DNA from: Tricharina praecox
Lineage: Eukaryota
DNA length: 64,000 nt
Assembly (NCBI RefSeq): GCF_024521635.1
Contig: NW_026250405.1
Location: forward strand, 930,001-994,000
Direction: 5' to 3'
Part shown: piece after piece, positions 26,886 to 39,604 of the stretch
How the letters are laid out: each line of letters starts with the position of its first letter
Numbering within the stretch: position 1 is the stretch's first letter
Translations under genes and position numbers: made by a program
The notes under the pieces: model-generated
The model's input: only the letters and a program-made list of their open reading frames with translations
The model's database searches: none
What the model was told of the DNA's origin: nothing

Positions 26886-29800
26886 ACCGTTCTACGTTCT
26901 CCGTCCTCCGCGTTCCGTCGGCCGCAGATTTGCAGACTCGCAGATGAACCCGCGCGTCCGCTTACCTACCGTAAGCGGTCCCCAAACCCCAACTGCAGCT
27001 GCCTATACATACTCTGGAGTACTTACTGTGCCTCCTGCCCCCGCCGCGCCCCCCACAGATACTCTACATACGATACAGATACAGACACAGATTCCAACGG
27101 TGAGATTTGCATGTATGTATGATCGTATCTGGCGATGTCATTGGACGGGTCACGAGCGCGTAGAGTATGCTATGTATGTATGCTGAGTATGCGGGGGCAC
27201 TGGGGTGGGGCGGGGCAGGGTGCGGCAGGGATTACCGCGTAGAGTATCGCCACCACCACACTGGGGCGAGGGAGAGCTCGGGGAATCCTTACATACCCCG
27301 TAGTTAACCCCGTATGTAACCCCGGGTGATCAGCCTTCAGGGTCCAGTCAGGATTCAGGAATGGGAATAGGAATGGGAATAGGAATAGGAATAGGAATAC
27401 ATAGGAATAGGAATAGGGATAGGAAGCGATGTGGTTATGTGGGTAGGTGGGTAGGTGGGTAGGTGAAATTACTGTGGCGACTGGCGAGGGGGACTGGACA
27501 TAAGGTAGCGGGTAGATATGTAGGAGAAGGGAGAGAGCGCGGGGAACGAAGGATGGGAGGTGGCGGCAGTAGAAGCAGGAGAACGCGGGGGGGAGGGGGG
27601 GAAGAGGGGGGGAAGCGCTGTGGCATGAAGCGGTATCCGCCAGCCAGCTGTGGGGTAGTTGCGTAGGGTAGTTACGTGCAGTGCAGTTCACTTCAGCCTG
27701 GAGGTGCTGGTGGATCGTCGCCGTGGAGTGACTGTGATGCTGTGATGTACAATACCGTAGTAGGTACTTGCTCGATTCCTCCTCATGCTATACTGATATC
27801 CACGGCGAGAGATCATAGAGTCCCCACCAGCCCGTATGTAGAACAAACAAACCGTGTATGCGTGTATTTGTGCGTGGGGGAGGTGATGCGCTCGCCTTCG
27901 AAGTTTGAAGTTCAAAGAAAGAAAGATCGTCGAACCTTCTCTTCTCATTCCCTCCATTCCCTCAAGCCTCGCCCGAGCAAGCACGCTCTGATCGTCAGTC
28001 GGCACTCGCCCACAACTCTAGAAAAGAAAAGTAACTCTTAATCCCGTGGTCTTTGGAACTCCCTCATCCCGCAAAAAAAAAAAAACACCAACCACAAAAC
28101 CACGAAACCACGAAACTACGAAACTACGAAACTAGAGAACGAAACATACGCGCAACAACCGCTGCAGGCCAATCATATCCCCAGCTGGGGGTGGGTGCTG
28201 GGTGGGTGCTGGGTGGTGTGCACCACTCACGGGTCCGTCGAGGGTGGGAGGGGGGGTATGACATCGTCAGTCAGTCGAGAACAGAAGGGAAGGGCAGAAG
28301 AAGAAGAAGAAATCCCCACGGGGTTCGCTGCTGGTGGTGGTGCTGGGTGGTGGTAGTGGTGGTGGGCGCAGGGACCACTGTGATTGGCGCAGGCTGGAGG
28401 GTTGGACTCTGGAGGCCAGGAGGGGGGCGTGGTAGTGTAGATATGTATTTACTAGTATTTACCTTCCGGTAGCGTAGCATAGCGGGGAGGGGGCGTGCGA
28501 GGGTGGAAGTGCGAGGGAGGGACAGACGAGGATGGGATGGGATGGTGACACTTATTTTGGCCTATTTTGGCTTTTGGCTTTTTGGCTTCGTGGCTGTATG
28601 TCTGACTGTCTGGCTGGCTTGGAGGCTGGGCTCCGAGGCTGGCTGGCTTAGTGGTGGTGGTGGTTGTGTGGCTTTCGTGGATGTGGACCCTGAGCTCAAG
28701 CTCGAGTTCGCAGTTTGAGGCGCGGGAGGCGCTGGTGACGGTACTTGCCTATAGTACGGTGGGGGAGCAGCAGCAGCAGCAGCAGGAGGAGGAGGAGGTA
28801 CAAAGGCCCGCTGGGAGCCCGCGAGCTCGAGGTGTTGACGATCGCTGGAGACTGGACGACAACGACATGGGAGGACTACTCGTACCTACTCGAGTACCTA
28901 CGGACGGGCTGAATGTATCATCATATGATACCAGGAAGAACAGGCATCTACACACCCTGGAGTGGAGAGGAGTGGAAGCGCCATACCCCACTACACGCTC
29001 CACTACCTACAGGTATCTACAGGTAGTTCGACCATCAACCGGATATCACCCTCACCATCACCAGGACGACGCCTGAGACAATCGATCAGATACCAGTTAC
29101 CAGTTACCAGTTTGCGGCAGCACGAGTACTCTACCCTCTAGTACTCATATCAATCCTCCGACGTCGGACCAGACCAGCAGACAAACGACCGCCCGTCCGC
29201 CTGGATGGAAAAACCGTCCGTCCGGGCACCGAATGACCCGTATTGTACAATACCCACCACATCACGGGCCGATGATACTCCAGGTATATACATCATACAT
29301 GACACCACCCCGATTGCACGCGGGGGGATCACAAGCGCCAGCTGGGCGTACATACATACGTGCCGGTGTTTCCTGCCTGCCTGCCTACCTGCCCAGTGCC
29401 GGCCTGAGGACTACCTGCTGAGGCCACCTAGCTACATGCTCTAGTATAGCCTGAGTCCGTGAGGCCTCAGTTCGCCTTGCGGGGCTACGGGGCTACAGTC
29501 CTTGTTCCCAACTTCCTAACTTCCCTTGGATGGGTGATGTTTGTACTTACATAACTGACATAACTCGCTCGTATCTGCTACCTGGTATAGCTACTAGTAT
29601 ATCTACTACCTGGAAAGATAGACGCGAAGAACTGTCCTAGCGAGCACGACATCCTTCCAGTACCTGTGTAGATATGTAGATATGTAGATAGTTGGATAGG
29701 TAGTTGGATAACCAACCGGATCGTCGTCGGCGGCGGTGGTCAGTTCGGCCAGGTCAACGGCGGACGTCTCGACTCTCCACGTCTCCCAGCTCTCCATCCC

Positions 29801-32800
29801 TTCCTCCCAGCTCTTCCCAGCTCCCTCCCTTGCGCGAATCTTCAGCGTGTACATAAAGATATACGATAGATAGATAGAGGTAGCCAAGTACCTACACCGC
29901 GTAGAGTACTCCCCATACCGGTATACCAGCCTGCCCGTCCGTCCATATCTACCGCAACGAGCAAGCAGATGCGCACGCGCTCTTTGCTCTTTTCGCACGC
30001 GCTCTTTTCGCACCGCACCGCTTCCGCACACGCTCTTTTTCGCACCGCTTCCGCATCGCATTCGCACCGCCGAGCTGAACGTCCAATGTTTTACCCCCCC
30101 AAAAGAGGGTTTCATTAATATTTTCTGGAGGGGGGAAGGGGGGGGGGCTATTATTTTGTTGTATTTTCTGGGGTGGTGGTGGTGGGTGGGAGGGGTGAGA
30201 TGCAGTTGGTCACAAAACGTTTGCGGAGGTGGAGGTTGGATGGAGGTGAGGTGCGATAGGGTGGGGATCATCCCACTCGCTCTCGTCGACCGTGAGGGGG
30301 GGCAGGGGAGTGATAGCGTAAATAAACTGCTGCACTGCTGCAAGTGAATGCACGTACGGGGGGAGGGAGGGAGGGCACGCTCGGCACACACATGAGTTGG
30401 GTGCAGGATGGGAAGTGCTCTAACCACTGGCTCCGTTCCGTAAGATTGTGGGATTATTAGACGGGGCAGGCAAACATGTTGTTAGAAAGAAGATGCGGCG
30501 GAAAGGAGCAGACAGAGGCGGTGAGCGTTCGTTCGTGAGGTCGAGCTGGAAACAATCGCGCGACAGCCGTTGCGAGGGGGGCGGGAAGTTCTCGCTGCTT
30601 TTTCCAATTGTTCTTTTTTTTCTTTTCTATTCTTCTCTTTTCTTTTCGCGGTGCTGCGCTGCGAGCGGCTGGCTGGCTGGCTGTGTCTGCTGTGTCAGGT
30701 TGTGTGGTTCAGTGGTTGAATGGTTGAGTGATTCGTCAGGTTTCCCGTTCCTTCAGGACAACAAAAGGCAACATACGGCGGGCAGGGACAAGCAGGATCC
30801 GGCACCTTGGGGAAAGCTCCTTCACGGCCTACCGACATACGCGGGAGACTGCATACATTCATATAAGAAGGAGGACGAGGAAACAGGAGGCGGCTGTATC
30901 TGGCTGACGGGGAGATTAAAACATTCGAGTTCAGCGAGAGAGCGGGCGCGGGCGGGCGAGTGCGAACAGCCCACGACGAACGAGTTCGCGAGGACGAGCG
31001 AAACGGATCAACTAACTGTGAGGACGGAGGTACACTATTGGCTGGCAGCTGCTAGTTAGTAACATAGAGCAGTAAGTGTCGCAAGCCTAGACTACTCCAC
31101 TCTACTGTCGGCCGCCGGTCGCTCGTTAGATAGATAGACGCTGGTCTGGCCTGGCTGGTTGGCAGACGATGATGATGCTGATGATGCTGATGATGCTGAT
31201 GGCATCGGGGAGGGATAACGCACGGAACGGGGGTGGCAGATTAATAGATTAGCTTGATGGATGGATGGATATGGGGGGTGGAGGGTGGGGCATACATGCA
31301 TGCTCGCATCCATGGCAAGTTCGCTGGTGTGCAGAAGCAGAAGCAGAAGCAGAGCAGCAGCAGATCCAAGGGTCCCATCCTAGTCGGCGCTGTCCGTCAT
31401 CGTCAAATGCCGTGGAATAGGAAGTGCGAGTAGCAGAGGAAGTCGCTGGTATCCGGACGGAGTTGGAGTGGCATTCGCAGCCTGTCCGAGTACCCACCGA
31501 TCGGTCGGTCTCGGTGGGAGTGGGTGCGTACTTGAAGGGACGGGCGGTGGCAGCAGTGAGGCGCGGCGGCAGTGGAATAGGAATAGAAGTGGAAGTAGAT
31601 ACTCGAGCAGCAAGGAGCAGCGGCAGCGGCAGGGTACATAGTGAAGGTGGTGAGGATTATGAGAGTTGTGAGGGTTGTAAGGGTGGTGAGGGTGGTGTAG
31701 TGGTGAGGGTGGTGTAGTGGTGTAGTGGGTGTAGTGATGAAAGTGGTGGTGGTGAGCATAGTGGAGGTCTCGATGGTGTATCATCAATAACAACACCACC
31801 ACCTCCACCACCACCACCAGCACCACTACCAGCTTGCTCCGACACTAAAAAAGTTCGCCTCGCTCGACTAAAGAAGCACACGGCCCCCTTCTTGCCGTAA
31901 CTAACATCCACTCCCATCTCGACTCCCTCCGACTCCCTCCCTCCTTCCTCCTTCTCCCTCCTCCTACTAATCCACCCCCGTCACCTCTTCCCGCTCTACC
32001 TCGAACCCTCTCCCCTGTTTCCTTTCCCTCTTACCTACCCCCCCTTCCCCCCACCCACTCCCCTCCTCCTACTCTCCTCCTCCGTCGTTTCGTTGTTTAT
32101 TCATTCTCTTCTCGTGAAGGCGAAGAAGTAGAAGAACAAGAACGAGCAGGAACGCCGACGTTTCTACGCCCACCAACCCCCGTCGCAATTCTCCGCCACG
32201 ACTGCAACCCACTCCCCCCTAAACCCTTCTAATCGACGAGCCGTTCACTCGGCTTGCAACCCGTCACCCGACCTCTTCCTCCTCCATCCATACCCTCCCC
32301 GTCGAGAATTGTCGTCCATCACCACCACCACTACCTCCACCACTACACACCTAACCATACGATCATCCCCCTGCGCCGGTCTCAGCATCCATCGGAAGGA
32401 AACCGCACTTTCCCCAAGTGTTTCGACGCTCACCATTCTATCGCCCCCAAGCCTCCAGTCTTCTGGTCACGACCTCTACTCTCACCCACTCACCCACCCA
32501 CCCAACCCCCACCATCCATCCATCCCACAACCTGACGAATAGACGAAGTGTGCTGTGTGTGTGGTTGCTGCTGCGCGTGTATGCCCGTTCTGTTCGTTCG
32601 TACTTATTCAGCCTCGCTCCGGAAGCTTTGTTCGTCACCCATCATCATCGCCTGCCCCACACTATTACTCGACAGAACCACTACCACTACTACTGCTATT
32701 ACTACTGTTACTACCAACTACTATTCCCACACGTTCCCTTTCTCCGTGTGTGCCTCGTGAAACAGCTTGCCTCGCGCGTTCATTCTTTAGTGTGGTGAGT

Positions 32801-33256
32801 TTCTGACGCAAGCCCTGTCCTCCTGTCCTATCCTGCCCTGCCCTGCCCCATCATGTCCTGCATTCCTGCACTCCTGCACTGTCTGTCCATCGCGCCCAGA
32901 TCTTCCGCTCAATCATATATGCTCTTCCCTCTCTCGATCCTTCCATCCTGTAGCCCGCTCGGTGCTTGTACGCAGCTTGTAGCGACAAGACATCATGCTG
33001 AACATCCGCTCCTAGGAAAACTACTGGTCCCTGCCGACACAGCCGCTTTCCGGACACTCAACTAACCGATCATCATAAACCCTCCCCCCCCTCTCCCACC
33101 TGACCGACCGTCCAACCAACCACAAAACAGCCACACGTCGCTGTTTGGCAAATAAAAAAGTTTCACGGACGACATTTTTTGGTCCCAGCTCTCTCCCCCC
33201 GGGAAAAAAAAACCTTCCTCGAAGACACGCCACATACATATGTGTTGATAGCTGCC

Positions 33257-35524
33257 ATGGAATCAGAAGACGGCCAATTATTCATCAAGCGGATCGCGCA
33301 CTTCGTACGGACGCACGAAAAAGCGCTCGCAAATGCGATCCAAGCCCAGCAGCGATGGCAGCCCGTGAGGCGCGGCAGCGATATCCCAGGTTCGCCCAGG
33401 ACGCCGGTGGGCACCGCTCGGGAGCCCAGTTCCGGGTCCGCCGCGAGCAGTCTTGCATCCGCGCTCACTCTTCCCTTCACCTCGCAGTCCTTGAAGCTGG
33501 CCAAGCTGTCTTTGACTCCGCACCATCTCTACTACCTGCTCAGCCGATTCGAGGAACTTAATATCGCAGTGGGCCCCATGGGTGTTCGCCTGGAGAACAT
33601 CCACGCCGAGGCCTCGCCCGCCAATTATGTCTCGTTCTTGCGCGACTCATCCACTCGAAGAAATAGATCTTCGGATAGCCTCTCGATCCACTCGGTTTCT
33701 AGCGTTAGGAGCGTCATGTCTGGCATGTCTAGCATCTGGTCCAACTTCGGCTTCGGCCCCTCGATCGCGACACGCAACGAAAAGGCCAAGGCTGCGCTCG
33801 AGGCGGACCTCAAGTACTTGTACTCGTCGTTCACCAAGGTGCCTTGCCTGAGACTGGCACCTGACCGCAAGGCACGCCTCGTCGAGGGCTTCGAGGAGTT
33901 CCCATTCGACACCGCGGTACCGCTATTGGCTTTCAAGAACGTCAGCACTTTGGAGATTTGCGATATCGACATCAGACAATTCTTTGGCTGGGATCGGATG
34001 GCGGAGCAGCTCCGGAGTCTGGTGGTCAAGAGGGCCGGTATCGAGGACCCGGCAGAGTTGTTGATTTCCATCGTGCTCGACGACATGGACCGTCGTCGTC
34101 GGAGGTCCGCCAAAACCCAGTCGTCTCCCATCATTTCGTACGGATCATCGACTCCCGGGAACTCCTCCACTGATGTTGGCACCTCTTCGTCCGGTCCTCC
34201 GTCGCCTTCGTCGCAACCAGCGGTCGTCGGCGCCCACGCTGCGAGTGCTCCCGTCGGACACTATCACAATATGTCCCGAGGGCCTTCGGAATCTTCGCGC
34301 TCCAGCTCCAAGAACCGCCCGCGCAGCAGCTCGCCATCCAAATCTTCGACCCGGCCTACATCCCACCGCATGCGAAGATCGGGTTCCGGCAGCAGCCATT
34401 CCTCGGCCGCTTCCACCGTCCTACCGTCGCCCATCAGCCTACCACCCGCCAAATGGAGGATGCTCCGGCATCTGTCGCTGTCCGATAACGGACTTCATTC
34501 CATCACGTCCGTCGCATTGGTACCACTCGCGGGATCTTTGACGTCGCTCGACCTATCCAATAACCTATTCACTGCAATCCCGGAAAGCCTCTCCATCCTG
34601 CACAACCTCCGCGCATTGAATCTGTCGGGCAATATGATCGATTCTCTGCATTCCTTGACCCGCAACCCGTTGCCCGCCATCACCTCCCTCAACCTTCGGG
34701 CCAACCGACTGTCGTCGATCGCTGGTATCGAACGGGCTTTGACCCTGGAACGCCTCGATCTGCGACAGAACAAGCTCACCGACCCTACCGAGCTTGCACG
34801 GCTGACGTCGGCACCGAACTTCACCGCCGTGTGGGTCGCCGACAACCCCTTCACCAGGACCCATTCTTCGTCCTACAGGATCACGATCTTCAACTTGTTT
34901 AGGAACACCCCGGGTTACACGGACGACGTTCTGTTGGATTCGCAAGGCCCTGGCATGATGGAGAAGCGGAGTCTGATCGAGAGAGTGGCCGAGGCACCTA
35001 GTGTCCCCGTCGTCAAAGTCCCCAAGCAGCAGCCCGTCACAGTACATCAAGTCACGTCTCTAGATTCCAATAAGAAGAAGGACAACAGAACCGACGAGAA
35101 GTCGATACCCTCCGCCGAAGTTGCACGGGCAAAACGGAAGACGGGCAGACGGAGAGTAGTCGAGCTTAGCCGCGAAGACAGTAATAATCTCAACAGCGAT
35201 GGGGCGGACGCACAATCCGTACGCACACTAGTCCGGTCACCAATCAACCCCACCGTTCGCACACAACCCCTCTCGACCAAGAAGCAGTACCGCATGGATA
35301 TCGAAGCGGCCGCGCAAGAGGACGCATCTTCCGGCGCGGAATCGTCGCCACCGCCGTCGCTACCAAACGACAACGTTGACTGGTCGATCCGCGGAGACGA
35401 GTACCGACGTAAAGTCGAGGCTCTCAAGAGCGAGGTTGGCAGTGGGTGGCTTAGTGTTCTCAGCGAGGAGGGATTGTCGTTAGCATCGACAAGAAAGACC
35501 TCGCCTTCGGATCCTCCACGGTAG
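33257..35524 (+). CDS. Conserved fungal leucine-rich repeat protein (STK11IP/nischarin-like LRR), ~755 aa, intronless CDS
   Basis: Good start context GCCATGG; conserved-looking N-terminus MESEDGQLFIKRIAHFVRTHEKALAN; LRR block LRHLSLSDNGL, LDLSNNLF, LNLSGNMI, LNLRANRL, LDLRQNKL, VWVADNPF; C-terminal EYRRKVEALKSEVGSGWLSVL. Confidence 0.88.
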   Translation: MESEDGQLFIKRIAHFVRTHEKALANAIQAQQRWQPVRRGSDIPGSPRTPVGTAREPSSGSAASSLASALTLPFTSQSLKLAKLSLTPHHLYYLLSRFEELNIAVGPMGVRLENIHAEASPANYVSFLRDSSTRRNRSSDSLSIHSVSSVRSVMSGMSSIWSNFGFGPSIATRNEKAKAALEADLKYLYSSFTKVPCLRLAPDRKARLVEGFEEFPFDTAVPLLAFKNVSTLEICDIDIRQFFGWDRMAEQLRSLVVKRAGIEDPAELLISIVLDDMDRRRRRSAKTQSSPIISYGSSTPGNSSTDVGTSSSGPPSPSSQPAVVGAHAASAPVGHYHNMSRGPSESSRSSSKNRPRSSSPSKSSTRPTSHRMRRSGSGSSHSSAASTVLPSPISLPPAKWRMLRHLSLSDNGLHSITSVALVPLAGSLTSLDLSNNLFTAIPESLSILHNLRALNLSGNMIDSLHSLTRNPLPAITSLNLRANRLSSIAGIERALTLERLDLRQNKLTDPTELARLTSAPNFTAVWVADNPFTRTHSSSYRITIFNLFRNTPGYTDDVLLDSQGPGMMEKRSLIERVAEAPSVPVVKVPKQQPVTVHQVTSLDSNKKKDNRTDEKSIPSAEVARAKRKTGRRRVVELSREDSNNLNSDGADAQSVRTLVRSPINPTVRTQPLSTKKQYRMDIEAAAQEDASSGAESSPPPSLPNDNVDWSIRGDEYRRKVEALKSEVGSGWLSVLSEEGLSLASTRKTSPSDPPR

Positions 35525-38500
35525 CGATGCGATATGCCTCCGTACTACGGCGTTTATGACCTTTTCGTCCTTTCAAGACCGCCTTTCTTTTTTCCTATAA
35601 ACTTCTGCTTGTAGCATATGTTATTACCTGCTTCACCTTTACTCTGGTTTTCCCCTCCATTTTATTTTCACTTTTTCATTTTTCATTTTTCACATAGGGC
35701 AGGAGTTGTGGTTTGTTTTGATTTCACGTCTCTTCTCGCTTTGGCTTTTGTGAAGCATTTACGATCGTCTCTTTCTTTTTCTTTTTCTTTTTCTTCCATG
35801 CACGTTTGCTGTCATGTCTATTTTGCATCGTAGGTTGCACTGCTATTTTTTTGTCTTTTGTTGATGTCGAACGGGTGGGCGGGGGTCGGGTTTTGTATTT
35901 TTCACAGAGGAGCGGGAGATGTTGTCGTTGTCGTTGTCGTTGGCGTTGTTTGGGGTGCGGAAAAATGGGTTATACGATTGGTTGGTTGCGGAACGGGGAC
36001 TATATGGGGGTGCCGGTGCCGGTTGGGAGTGGGGGATGGGGGTTTGGGGGTTTGGCGATGATCGGTTATAGGAGAGGTGTTGAATGGAAAATCTGCCTTT
36101 GATCTTTTCTGAGATGCTGAGATTCTGAGTGCCTGAGATGCTGCACGGGCTGAATTGAGTGGTGAATGTGAATGTGAATGGACTTGAAGTGACTGATATT
36201 TGTTGGCAGTACTGATGAGGGCCTTGTGATGCACGGATGGAGTGCGCACGCAGCACGCTCGGTGGTTTACGGTTTACGGTTTGAAGCCGACGAGACCCGG
36301 CAGCAGCGGACCGGTACGGTAAGCTGTTGTTATTGACAGCACTCGCAGATTTCGCCGTGGAGTGGGTATGGGATCTTCACGGTTCCTCGCGGTGTCGATG
36401 TCGATATCGATGTTCCCACGATGACGTCTGGTTGGTTGGTTGGCTGGCTGGTTGGTTGGTACCATATTGCGCATTGGCTATATATGTAGAGGTGGCATTG
36501 GCATTAGTATTGGCTGTTGTGTATAGAGTATAGAGGTGGGTATTGCGCATTGGCATTGACATTGGTTCGAACTTAGAGTTTGGATTGGTTAGAGGTGGGA
36601 TTGGTTAGAGGTGGGATTGATTGGAGGTGGGATTGTGCGGGGGGGATTGTGGGGAGCGGGGGGCGGAGGGCGTGGGACGGGGGATGGGCTGTATGGACTC
36701 TCATTGAGCGGGGCTGCCGCGCTCGGGCATCAGGATTCACGTATTAGGCATCAATATCATGGCTTGCGGCTGTACTGTAATGTGCACTTCCAAATGCGAA
36801 CCAACTTACCTACGCAGGAGCCTGGAGGAGAGGTGGACTGCGCACGCCGCACGCCGCACGCTGTATGGGGCAATTCCTACAGCCTACCTACAGCCTACCT
36901 ACGGCCTACCTACGGCCTACCTACTCTACTTACACACCGGTTACTCTACAGCACCGGTCACAGTACCGGTTACAGCACCGGTCACAGCACTGGTTGCTCT
37001 ACAGCACCGGCAGAACCGGCAGCTCAAGGTGGGTGGTGGGATGGATTGAATTGAAATGGATTGTGATTCAAGGCTGTGGACTTGGAATTGGGTTACGGCA
37101 ATCGTGCAATCGTGGATCGTGCAAGACGGATGGATGGGTGTCTTGGTACTGGGGCTTGGGCTTGGAATTGAGTGGAATTGGTCTTGGAATGTGCGGTGAA
37201 GGAAGCGGACGGTGAGCGGACGGTGAGCGAGTGGTGGAGTCGAACGATCGATGTTGGGGTTGTTGTGGAATTACTAGCCTGCCTAGAGGATACTGAGCTA
37301 CCTACGGTACTCTAGAGGGATCGCGGTTTTGATGTGATGAATGGACCCGATTCTTCTAGGTATGCGGTATCTGCACCAAGTATATAACGCCCGACTGCTG
37401 ACGCCTCTGCAGCAAAGTGTTCAAGTACCTAGCCGGATCACCACCAACCCTCAGGTGTGGTGGTGGATCGAACTCGAGTGTGAAGAATAGCAACTACAAT
37501 CGCGGAGTCGCGGACTGCCGCCAACTTATCGAGATCATAGCAGGTAGGAACTATAGTTAGGTAGTAGACGCGATTACCGCGCTCACCCCTCTCCCACCGC
37601 CACCCAACCTCACCGTCACCGTGCAGTTGGCGATTGATGAACACACCTCCATCCCTCTCCCTCTCTTCCCAAGTTCCCTCCACCACAAAGGTATCTCCAG
37701 TACTGTAGGTATCTCCCGTACCGTAGGTATGTAGGTACCCAATCGAACCGGCTTTAGAGAGAGCGACCACCTACCTACCGTATCGTCATACGACAGCTCC
37801 AATACCACCACATAGATAGTACAGTACCTATGGCGCCGAGTGAGAAATCCGGTTTACCGCTTTGCCTTTGCCTTTGCATGTGTGTGTGTGTGTGTGTATG
37901 TGTGTATGTGTGTGTGTGTGTATGTGTGTATGTGTGTGTGTGACTCTGACGATCGGATCGATTCGGTACTCTATCGGGGGACGGTGAAGATCCAGCTGGA
38001 CCAAACCACGCCCACGCCCATCCGTCTTCCCCGGTACGGTGCGGTACGAAGTGTCAGTAAAATCTGTGAGGCGGAGAGTACTGAGTAGAGTACTCTGCCT
38101 ATGTAGGTAGAGTAGTTATGAGGCAACGCTTCCCCCTGCAATCCCCGCTGCTCTTTTTTTGGCGAAGCGTTTTTTGGGGGAAGGGGGGGTTCCTTGATTT
38201 CGCGTTCGTTCGCTTCGGATGAAATCACCGACCGACCGACCGATTGACTGACCGCAAAGCAAGCACCGAGGACAGCTGAAATGAAAGACATTGTTTCAAT
38301 TTTCGGGGCTTCGGCTCGGAGGACGCGCCGTAACGGTACAAGTATGGTACAAGTACGGTGGAAGTAGGTATAGGTGATCGGTGCTGGCAGGCTGGCAGGT
38401 GCCGATCTACCGTCCCTGCATCGCGGCGTTCGGGTGAGCTTTCGGGGGCGGGGTAGAGTGGTGGTGCTGTGGTGCGGTGGCGGAGGGGGTGGGAGGATGG

Positions 38501-38815
38501 GTGGGTGGTGGTGGTGAGGGTGGTATTGTGGTGATGTTGGCGGTGGTGGTGGTGGTGGTGGTGGTGGTGGTGGTGGTGGTGGAGGTGATGGTGGTGTGGT
38601 CGCTCGATCCCCGTTATCCCTCGCGATCTGGCGCGTGCGGTGCGGTGTGTATGTGTGTGTGACATCATCCCATCCAGATCACATCACATCCACATCCACA
38701 TCCACATCTCACGTGTAATCTCGATATAGTGCTTGAACTCCTCAGTGCCCAGTGGCCACCCCGCCCACCACCAGTGACCAAACCAAACCAAACCCCGCGA
38801 CTAATCTTACCAATA

Positions 38816-39604
38816 ATGCTACTGCTGCAAAAATCGAAACCGGAATTGAAACATCACGTCCAATGTCTCGCCTGCGACGAGCCCATCCATGCCGACGATA
38901 TCCGCTACCACCGCACGACGAGGCGCCACGTTGACACCGCTAAGCGCTGCGGCTTGTGGTGTGCGCTGTGCGCAAAAACGTTCATCTCCGCGGCGGGGGC
39001 GAGGGAGCATCGCGAGTCGCTGCACTCGCCGCGGGATGTACGTGTGGTGACGATGGAGCCGCGGAGGGCAGTGGATGGCGCAGAGGGGAGGTGTGGTATC
39101 TGCCTCGAGCTGCTGGACGGGGAGGACGAGGAACACGAGAGCTCGACGGTCCACACGGATGCGTGCAAGGCGCTCGGCCTCTGGTGTGCGGCGTGCAAAT
39201 GCGTCCGGGCGGCGACAGCGGCGCACGTCTGTCTTGCTTCTGCCTCTCCCGCTCCCTCCTCCTCTACCTGTATCTGTCGCGACTGTGGAGAGCAGTTTCC
39301 AACGCGGAATCAAAGGAAGAAACACAAGACGCGTGGGGAGTGCGCGGTGGTGGGGGAGCCACGGGGATGTTTTTGTAGTGTCTGTGCGGTCTTTGTCGCG
39401 GCTGAGGATGTGCGCGCGCATAAAGAGGCGGAGGGACACGGTGCGATGGCCAAGCAGAGGGGGTTGTGGTGTCCACTGTGCGATGTCGCTTTCATCAACG
39501 AGGCGGGGCTGGAGAATCATCGTGTGCGGAGTACGAGGCATTTGGAGAAGGTGAAAAGAGGCATCGGAGGGGACGGGAGAGCTACGGGGGGCATAGGTGT
39601 TTGA
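38816..39604 (+). CDS. Multi zinc-finger (C2H2/C2HC-like) protein, ~262 aa
   Basis: Seven CxxC motifs each followed by His/Cys residues; GLWCxxC occurs three times. First ATG at 38816. Confidence 0.75.
   Translation: MLLLQKSKPELKHHVQCLACDEPIHADDIRYHRTTRRHVDTAKRCGLWCALCAKTFISAAGAREHRESLHSPRDVRVVTMEPRRAVDGAEGRCGICLELLDGEDEEHESSTVHTDACKALGLWCAACKCVRAATAAHVCLASASPAPSSSTCICRDCGEQFPTRNQRKKHKTRGECAVVGEPRGCFCSVCAVFVAAEDVRAHKEAEGHGAMAKQRGLWCPLCDVAFINEAGLENHRVRSTRHLEKVKRGIGGDGRATGGIGV

Noticed and set aside
29606..31059. ORFs of 273 aa (-) and 203 aa (+) in the gene desert
   Set aside because: Non-ATG starts, repeat-derived composition and no domain signatures.
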